Source of the DNA: Nitrosopumilus sp.
Lineage (GTDB): Archaea; Thermoproteota; Nitrososphaeria; Nitrososphaerales; Nitrosopumilaceae
Length of the DNA stretch: 32,000 nt
Direction: 5' to 3'
Assembly: GCA_029862745.1 (NCBI GenBank)
Contig: JAOTWS010000004.1
Location: 10,250-42,249 of the forward strand
This document shows, piece by piece, positions 25,921 through 32,000 of this stretch (its first letter is position 1; each line of letters begins with the position of its first letter). Both the position numbers and the translations under genes were made by a program. The notes beneath the pieces were generated by a model. The model was not told the DNA's origin. It did not search any database and was given only the letters and a program-made list of their open reading frames with translations.

Positions 25921-26541
25921 TTATTTTGCTTGTGAGAATCTCTTTTCTACTTCATCCCAATTAACCACATTCCACCATGCCTTGATGTAATCTGGTCTTT
26001 TGTTTTGGTAATGAAGATAGTATGCATGCTCCCAAACATCACAGCCCAACAAAGGAATAAGACCTTCAGTTCTTGGACTTGTTTGGTTTGGCATTGATTT
26101 GTATTCAACCTTTTTTGAAGAAGGATTGTATACTAACCATCCCCAACCACTACCTTGAATTACTGCTGTAGTGGATGAAAATTTCTCTTTGAAGTCAGAA
26201 AAGCTTCCAAAGGAATCTTTAATTGCATCTGCAATTGAACCTCCAGGTTCTCCGCCTCCACTTGGTTTCATGTTATTCCAAAATAGCCTGTGGTTATCAA
26301 ATCCACCACCATTGAAATTAACTGCACCTCTTTGGGCATCTGGAACTGTTGAGATATTAGACAAAATGTCAAGTATATCTTTTTCTTGAATCTCAGATGG
26401 ACATGCTTCAAGAGCTGCATTTAGTTTGTCAGTGTATGCTTGATGGTGTTTTGTATGATGAATCTCCATAGTTTTTGCATCAATGTGAGGTTCTAGGTCA
26501 CCATAAGCATATGGCATTTTAGGAAGAGTGTATTTTCCCAT
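25921..26541 (-). CDS. sod: Fe/Mn superoxide dismutase
   Basis: LPKMPYAYGDLEPHIDAKTMEIHHTKHHQAY and DVWEHAYYL are hallmark Fe/Mn-SOD motifs. I chose the ATG at 26541; the ORF is open to TTG 26565. Confidence 0.92.
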   Translation of the reverse strand: MGKYTLPKMPYAYGDLEPHIDAKTMEIHHTKHHQAYTDKLNAALEACPSEIQEKDILDILSNISTVPDAQRGAVNFNGGGFDNHRLFWNNMKPSGGGEPGGSIADAIKDSFGSFSDFKEKFSSTTAVIQGSGWGWLVYNPSSKKVEYKSMPNQTSPRTEGLIPLLGCDVWEHAYYLHYQNKRPDYIKAWWNVVNWDEVEKRFSQAK

Positions 26542-26619
26542 TAACCTATTCAGAGATTTATTCAATTTATTGCTTTATGAAACAATTCGTTTTTACTTGC
26601 TAAACTTGAGAGGTAATCT

Positions 26620-28647
26620 GTGAAATCATTAGTATTTTTTTTTCTAGCGATAGTATTATCAGGAGTTTTTGCTTTATCTCATACTTTTCAGTCTGAAAAT
26701 GAAATTCGTACATATTTACAGCAAAGTGTACCATTTGTTGGAACAGATATCCCCAGAATAGATGGGATAGATGGATCTGGAGTCAAAATCGCAGTAATAG
26801 ATACAGGTGTAGACTTTAATCATCCAGATTTGTTCGGGTGGGGTCCTGATGGTAAAGTTATCGGGGGTTTCAACTTTATCCATGAAAATGATCTACCAAT
26901 AGATACAAACGGTCATGGTACTCAAGTGGCAGGAGTAATTGCAGCTGATGGTGAAATTAAAGGGATAGCACCTAAGGCAAAGATTCTTGCGTATAAAGTT
27001 TCAGAAAATGGTGAAGGTGTATCTGCAGATTTAATCATAAAAGCAATCATGAGAGCAATAGAAGATGATGCAGACATCATCAATATTAGTTTGGGAGTAA
27101 ACAAAACTAATGCGTCAATTGATCGTGCAGTTAATCATGCACTGCAAAAAGAAATTTTTGTTGTAACTGCAGCAGGAAATGATGGACCAGCATTAAAAAC
27201 AATTGGCAGTCCAGGTAAAAATTTTGGTTCAATTACAGTTGGCGCTTCATATAACAATCTTACTTCTAGTATGGTTGCAACATTGGAAATTGATGAAAAA
27301 CCATATACTGTGATTCCTTTGGTTGGCTCTCCAAAACTAGAAGAACCAGTTACTGGAAAATTGATTTTTGCAAATTATGGAAAGATAAATGACTTTAAAG
27401 ACATGGATGTAAAAGACGCAGTAGTAATTGTTGAAAGAGGTAGTGATGTAAAAGGAGAGTTATTGTATTTTTCAATCAAAGAAAACAATGCTGCAAATGC
27501 AGGTGCAAAAGCATTGATAGTGTATAATAATGAACCAGGATTTTTTTTGGGTGAATTAATTCATGAATTTATTGAGCCAGAATACAAACCACGAATTCCT
27601 GTAGTATCAATAGACAGAGATGATGGATTAGAAATTAAAGAATCAATCGACAATACAACTAATGCTACATTGAATTTGTTTTATAATCCAGATTTTGTAA
27701 CTCACTTTAGTTCAAGAGGATCGGTTTCACCATTTTACATAAAGCCGGATTTGGTAGCACCTGGCGCATACATTAACACTACACAAAACAATGGCGGATA
27801 TAACTTCACAAGCGGTACAAGTTATGCAGCTCCACATGTTAGTGGTGCTGCAGCATTATTAATACAAAAAAACCCTCAATTGCATCATCATGAACTCAAA
27901 TCCATACTTTTGACGACCAGTAAGCCAGTTTCAGATGCCTATGAAAATGAATTCTCAATTAACGATGCAGGATCTGGAAGATTAGATATTGGAAATGCAT
28001 ATACTGCAAAACTAATCATCATGCCACCAAACTTTGTGGTCAATATGTCATCTGACAAATTGGTTGCAGAGCAACAATTGGAATTAAAATTGATTGGTGG
28101 TACACTGGATAATTTAGAAGTAGGATTTGAGGGACCAGAATTTATCAAATTCGCACACTTTCTTGAAGCAAATACATTACAAATTAAGATGAACATGATT
28201 GGAGAAAATTTTGGAGATCATGAGGGTAAAATAATAATCAAGCATGAAAATACAAGATACACAATTCCATTTTTACTTCACTACACACCAGGTTCAGTGT
28301 CAGTGACTCAACAAGATCAAAAACTATTCTTTGAGATCAATCATCCAGAAAAATGGAACTTTGCAAAAATTTCAGTCATAAACAGCAAAGATGGAAAAAC
28401 AGAAACTACAACTACAACACCATTCAAAAAAACTTCAATTAAGATACATGAAAATGCAGAATACTGGATTGATGCCAAAATTAGAGTTGGTGAGAACTCA
28501 TCAGATGCATACAATACAATTGAGATTAGTTCTATTTTAGAAAATCATAACCCATTAAACATGATCAGTCTTCCAGAAAAACAGATCACCATCATTGCAG
28601 GTATTATAGGTGTAATAGGAATAATTGGATTAGTTAAAAGAAGATAA
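26620..28647 (+). CDS. subtilisin-like serine protease (peptidase S8) with an inserted PA-like domain, a signal peptide and a C-terminal TM anchor
   Basis: The catalytic triad contexts are present: VIDTGVD (Asp), HGTQVAG (His) and GTSYAAPHVSG (Ser). It has an N-terminal signal peptide and the C-terminus ITIIAGIIGVIGIIGLVKRR. The start codon is GTG. Confidence 0.88.
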   Translation: MKSLVFFFLAIVLSGVFALSHTFQSENEIRTYLQQSVPFVGTDIPRIDGIDGSGVKIAVIDTGVDFNHPDLFGWGPDGKVIGGFNFIHENDLPIDTNGHGTQVAGVIAADGEIKGIAPKAKILAYKVSENGEGVSADLIIKAIMRAIEDDADIINISLGVNKTNASIDRAVNHALQKEIFVVTAAGNDGPALKTIGSPGKNFGSITVGASYNNLTSSMVATLEIDEKPYTVIPLVGSPKLEEPVTGKLIFANYGKINDFKDMDVKDAVVIVERGSDVKGELLYFSIKENNAANAGAKALIVYNNEPGFFLGELIHEFIEPEYKPRIPVVSIDRDDGLEIKESIDNTTNATLNLFYNPDFVTHFSSRGSVSPFYIKPDLVAPGAYINTTQNNGGYNFTSGTSYAAPHVSGAAALLIQKNPQLHHHELKSILLTTSKPVSDAYENEFSINDAGSGRLDIGNAYTAKLIIMPPNFVVNMSSDKLVAEQQLELKLIGGTLDNLEVGFEGPEFIKFAHFLEANTLQIKMNMIGENFGDHEGKIIIKHENTRYTIPFLLHYTPGSVSVTQQDQKLFFEINHPEKWNFAKISVINSKDGKTETTTTTPFKKTSIKIHENAEYWIDAKIRVGENSSDAYNTIEISSILENHNPLNMISLPEKQITIIAGIIGVIGIIGLVKRR

Positions 28648-28650
28648 AAT

Positions 28651-30150
28651 CTATTTTGGAAGTTTAGGACCTGCAGCAATTACTTCAGGTGATACGTTTT
28701 CAAATTTCTTAAAGTTTTCAATAAACATCTGAGCTAATTTTTTTGCAGAAAGATCATACGAATCTTTATCAATCCAAGTATTTTTTGGATCTAAAATTTC
28801 AGATGGGACATTTTCCACCTGAGTGGGAATATCAAGATTAAACAGATCATCGTGACGATATTTTACAATATCCAATGCACCTGAAAGAGCAGATGTAACC
28901 ATACTACGACTATACATAATCTTGACTCGCTTTCCAACCCCATAGGGACCACCAGACCAACCAGTATTGATAAGATAAACTACAGTATTGTGTTGATTGA
29001 TTTTTTCTCCTAATAACTTGGCATAAACTGATGCAGGTCTAGGCATGAAAGGTGCTCCAAAACACTCTGAAAATACGGTCTTGGGTTCCTTGATCCCTCT
29101 TTCAGTTCCTGCTAACTTACTGGTGTAACCAGACATGAAATGATACATTGCGCCTTCTTTGGTGAGTCTAGAAACTGGAGGTAAGACACCCAATGCATCA
29201 GCAGTCAAAAATATTATCACTCTTGGATTACCACCAACACTTGGGAATACTGCACCTGGGATAAAGTCCAAGGGGTAAGCAACACGAGTATTTTCTGTTA
29301 AGCTATTATCATCATAATCTGGAACATTATCTTTTAGAACTACATTTTCTAAAACTGCACCTGGCCTGATTGCATTCCAAATTTCTGGTTCTGCCTCTTG
29401 GCTAAGATTAATACATTTTGCATAACAGCCACCTTCGAAATTAAAAGTACCATTATCAGACCAGCCATGTTCATCATCACCAATTAATTTTCTGTTAGGA
29501 TCTGCAGAGAGAGTAGTTTTACCAGTGCCTGATAATCCAAAGAACAATACAGTGTCATCTTTCTCACCAATGTTTGCAGAGCAATGCATTGGGAAAATAC
29601 CGCGTTCAGGCATCAGGAAGTTCATTACACCAAACATTGACTTTTTCATTTCACCGGCATATTCTGTACCACCGATTAAAACAATTTTTTTAGTCAAGTC
29701 AATTATAATAAATACATCAGTACGCGTCCCATCAATTTCCGGAACTGCATGAAAGTCATTAATACATAAAATCGTAAACTCTGGTTCATGTTTTTCTAGC
29801 TCTTCAGTAGTTGGTCTGATAAACAGATTTCTTGAAAACATACTTTGCCAAACATGATCATTGATTACTCTTATAGGTAAACGGTTTTCTGGGTCAGCAC
29901 CAACAAAACCATCAAAGACAAAAAGTTCCTTGTCAGTTACAAATTGTTTCATTTTTTCAAGCAATTTTTCAAATTTACCAGTTGGGAATTGGTGGTTGAT
30001 CTTACCCCAATCAATTGTATCGTGAGTTTTATCATCATATACAATAAAGCGATCATCAGGGGATCTGCCTGTATATGTTCCAGTATTGACAGATAAAGAG
30101 CCTGTAGAGTTTACTACACCCTCTTTTTTATCTACTGCCAATTTGACCAT
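28651..30150 (-). CDS. pckA: phosphoenolpyruvate carboxykinase (ATP); the true 5' end probably lies upstream (see findings)
   Basis: It has TGRSPDDRF, the kinase-1a P-loop GLSGTGKTTLS, and the overall ATP-PEPCK layout. The frame stays open with PckA-like sequence for 43 further codons, up to 30279. Confidence 0.9.
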   Translation of the reverse strand: MVKLAVDKKEGVVNSTGSLSVNTGTYTGRSPDDRFIVYDDKTHDTIDWGKINHQFPTGKFEKLLEKMKQFVTDKELFVFDGFVGADPENRLPIRVINDHVWQSMFSRNLFIRPTTEELEKHEPEFTILCINDFHAVPEIDGTRTDVFIIIDLTKKIVLIGGTEYAGEMKKSMFGVMNFLMPERGIFPMHCSANIGEKDDTVLFFGLSGTGKTTLSADPNRKLIGDDEHGWSDNGTFNFEGGCYAKCINLSQEAEPEIWNAIRPGAVLENVVLKDNVPDYDDNSLTENTRVAYPLDFIPGAVFPSVGGNPRVIIFLTADALGVLPPVSRLTKEGAMYHFMSGYTSKLAGTERGIKEPKTVFSECFGAPFMPRPASVYAKLLGEKINQHNTVVYLINTGWSGGPYGVGKRVKIMYSRSMVTSALSGALDIVKYRHDDLFNLDIPTQVENVPSEILDPKNTWIDKDSYDLSAKKLAQMFIENFKKFENVSPEVIAAGPKLPK

Positions 30151-30407
30151 TTCATCTACACTTAGATTTCGGTGGACTTTGGATGGTTTGATTCCAAATC
30201 GAGTTAATTGAGACAGAAATTTTTCAGTTGCTGCAGTACCTAGCGCTTGAGTCAGATGGGTATACCCCCAAAAATAATTTTATCGATCCCAGTCATGGTC
30301 ATTGAGATACAGAAACTGATTCAAGTTTCCTTATTATGTTTTATTATCAAAAAGTTATTGGTCATCATCTAGGAACGTATTTATTTCAAAATTCAAGAGT
30401 GAATTTA

Positions 30408-30812
30408 ATGGTCATCAACAAAGAATTGGTTGCAAAGAGGAAGGAAATCAAAGGACATAATCCTGATTTTGCCAGACCAGAGAGTTGGCGTTATGTAAGG
30501 CTTCAAACAAACTGGAGAAAGCCAAAAGGAATTGATCATCATCAAAGAAAACAAAAGAGTAGAGGCCGCCCAGGTCTTGTCAAAATAGGATTTGGAGGAC
30601 CAAAAGAGTCTAGAGGATTGCATCCATCAGGATATACAGATAACCTAGTTTACAACTTAAGTGATTTAGAAAAACTAGATCCAAAAAAAGACGGCGTCAG
30701 ATTTGGACATAGTGTTGGTACTAGAAAGAGAAAAGAGATTATCGTTAAAGCAATTGAAAGCAAGTTTAAAATTTTTAATGCAAGAGTGAGTGCAATTGGT
30801 AGTAAATCTTAG
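30408..30812 (+). CDS. rpl32e: 50S ribosomal protein eL32 (L32e)
   Basis: PDFARPESWRYVRLQTNWRKPKGIDHHQR...HPSGY matches the L32e family. I chose the ATG at 30408, which has a TATA-like TATTTATTT about 27 nt upstream. The ORF is open from 30336. Confidence 0.85.
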   Translation: MVINKELVAKRKEIKGHNPDFARPESWRYVRLQTNWRKPKGIDHHQRKQKSRGRPGLVKIGFGGPKESRGLHPSGYTDNLVYNLSDLEKLDPKKDGVRFGHSVGTRKRKEIIVKAIESKFKIFNARVSAIGSKS

Positions 30813-31251
30813 AGCTAAGAAAAGATTGGCATCCAGAGTTGCCGGGGTTGGAATTCATAGAATAAAATTTGACACTGATCATTTAGATGATGTTGCAGAT
30901 GCAATTACTAGACAAAACATTAGAAGTCTAATTACTGCTAACACTATCAAAATTAAACCAATTGTTGGAACATCCAAAGGCAGGGCACATAAAAAGAAAG
31001 CTCAGAAGAACAAGAGAGGAACAACTCAGGGATCTAAACAAGGCAGAAAAGGTGCAAGAGTTGGCAAGAAGGAAGTATATGTTGCAAAGGTTCGTGCATT
31101 AAGACGATTATTGAAAATTGCAAAAGATAGAAAAGATTTGACTAATCCAGAATTCTGGGCATTATACAAAAAGGTTGGAGGAAATACTGTTAGAAACAAA
31201 GCTCACCTTAGAATGCTCATGGATGAGATTAAAGAGAAAAGGCAAAATTAG
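30790..31251 (+). CDS. rpl19e: 50S ribosomal protein eL19 (L19e)
   Basis: NLRAKKRLASRVAGVGIHRIKFD... and the basic middle region match L19e. The start is GTG 30790 or TTG 30796, overlapping the end of eL32. Confidence 0.85.
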   Translation: MQLVVNLRAKKRLASRVAGVGIHRIKFDTDHLDDVADAITRQNIRSLITANTIKIKPIVGTSKGRAHKKKAQKNKRGTTQGSKQGRKGARVGKKEVYVAKVRALRRLLKIAKDRKDLTNPEFWALYKKVGGNTVRNKAHLRMLMDEIKEKRQN

Positions 31252-31547
31252 AATCTGTAAAGAGTATTTTTCAAGTTTACAATCTTGCCGTTTTCAATTT
31301 GTATTCCTTCATCATTTAGCATCTTTGTCTTAACATGTTCTCCATATGCATATCCACCGATTTTACCAGTAGACATTACAACTCTATGACATGGGATGAT
31401 CACAGGGTATGGATTTTTGTTCATTATTTGTCCGACAACTCGCTGTCCATTTTTCAATCCAACAGCTTTTGCAAGATCACCATAAGTTGTGATTTGGCCT
31501 TTTGGTACTTTAAGTAGTTTTTTGTAAATTTTTTGTTGGAGATTCAA
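31248..31547 (-). CDS. ogt: methylated-DNA-protein-cysteine methyltransferase domain protein (MGMT/Ogt C-terminal domain only)
   Basis: It has the active-site PCHRVV motif within a 99 aa protein (YGDLA...NPYPVIIPCHRVV). No N-terminal domain is present. Confidence 0.85.
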   Translation of the reverse strand: MNLQQKIYKKLLKVPKGQITTYGDLAKAVGLKNGQRVVGQIMNKNPYPVIIPCHRVVMSTGKIGGYAYGEHVKTKMLNDEGIQIENGKIVNLKNTLYRF

Positions 31548-32000
31548 ATCTTGATTACCTCAAGATTCGTGGGTTCAAGAAGTTCAAGAATCTTTTGTTT
31601 GTAAGAGCCTAGCCCTCGCCAATCTAAAAGAGCAGCTTTTGCCAATTTGTTTTGTTCAAGAATATGCAAGAATAACGTTTTATCAACCTCACTTAACGCA
31701 TGTTTTGGAATTACTGTTCCAAGGGCATATGGGCCATTAAGTAGCATATCAGTGAATTTTGAAGGATAATGGGTTCCACCAAAACAAATTGCAACAGGAT
31801 TTTTTTTAATTGGATTGGACATCACTTCATGTACCAAGGCTGCAACTGAATTACATAGCGATACATCATTCCATTGTTTTTCAGTTGTGCCTATCTCGAT
31901 AAATAATGAACGCTTGCTTAGGGCAGTAGGTCCATGATGAGTTGCCTCTATTGTGATTTGAAATTCTGGAAACTGTGATTGGTTTTTCTGTAGAGTTTGA
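31544..32000 (-). CDS. dtdA: D-aminoacyl-tRNA deacylase, archaeal DtdA type (5'-partial, runs off the window)
   Basis: The frame is open to the window edge. My translation upstream of the track ORF gives ...FQITIEATHHGPTALSKRSLFIEIGTTEKQWND..., followed by the GGTHYPSKFT motif, consistent with the DtdA family. Confidence 0.75.
   Translation of the reverse strand, partial: QTLQKNQSQFPEFQITIEATHHGPTALSKRSLFIEIGTTEKQWNDVSLCNSVAALVHEVMSNPIKKNPVAICFGGTHYPSKFTDMLLNGPYALGTVIPKHALSEVDKTLFLHILEQNKLAKAALLDWRGLGSYKQKILELLEPTNLEVIKI

Noticed and set aside
30265-30274. Programmed -1 ribosomal frameshift site in the pckA leader
   Set aside because: The T5G5 run does not form a canonical X XXY YYZ slippery heptamer in the upstream (ATG-30296) frame, because P-site and A-site re-pairing would each have a first-position mismatch. 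I saw no obvious downstream stem-loop or pseudoknot. A homopolymer indel or a real mutation is more parsimonious.

Overview
The window is visibly AT-rich (about one-third G+C by eye, not computed), densely packed archaeal chromosomal DNA. Gene content points to a marine ammonia-oxidising thaumarchaeon (Nitrosopumilus-like); that assignment is an inference from gene families and style, not a search result. Most of the window is housekeeping. A long minus-strand run from 25.8 kb to 16.7 kb encodes prefoldin-alpha, FtsY, ArgF, uL18, uS5, uL30, uL15, SecY, Adk, a DUF106/YidC-like protein, Cmk and Cbf5. Elp3 and class I LysRS lie at 9.5-12.7 kb. A metal-homeostasis pair (Nramp transporter and ferritin) lies at 4.7-6.6 kb. 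Fe/Mn-SOD, a membrane-anchored subtilisin, PckA, eL32/eL19, an MGMT domain protein and a partial DtdA occupy 25.9-32.0 kb. I found no CRISPR array, rRNA gene or recognisable defence system. The only accessory-looking DNA is a ~1.4 kb stretch (14.6-16.1 kb) with no intact gene. It abuts an intron-containing tRNA-Ser(GGA) and holds a truncated integrase-like ORF plus an orphan C-terminal anchor module, so I read it as the relic of an integrated element. The other points worth a second look are: (1) FtsY carries a ~170 aa C-terminal extension, made of a (PEPK)n tandem repeat and a basic amphipathic tail that resembles the N-terminal membrane-targeting helix of bacterial FtsY; (2) a 123 aa protein keeps the beta-carbonic-anhydrase zinc motifs (CxDxR...HxxC) in a shortened chain; (3) the conserved N-terminus of pckA lies upstream of its first AUG with no canonical in-frame start, and the nearest ATG is one frame off across a T5G5 run; (4) a cluster of unannotated very small ORFs, some Cys-rich and some single-TM, sits at 7.0-8.0 kb; (5) ArgF has an altered SMG-loop motif; (6) the archaeal eL32-eL19 | uL18-uS5... 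ribosomal cluster is split and inverted.
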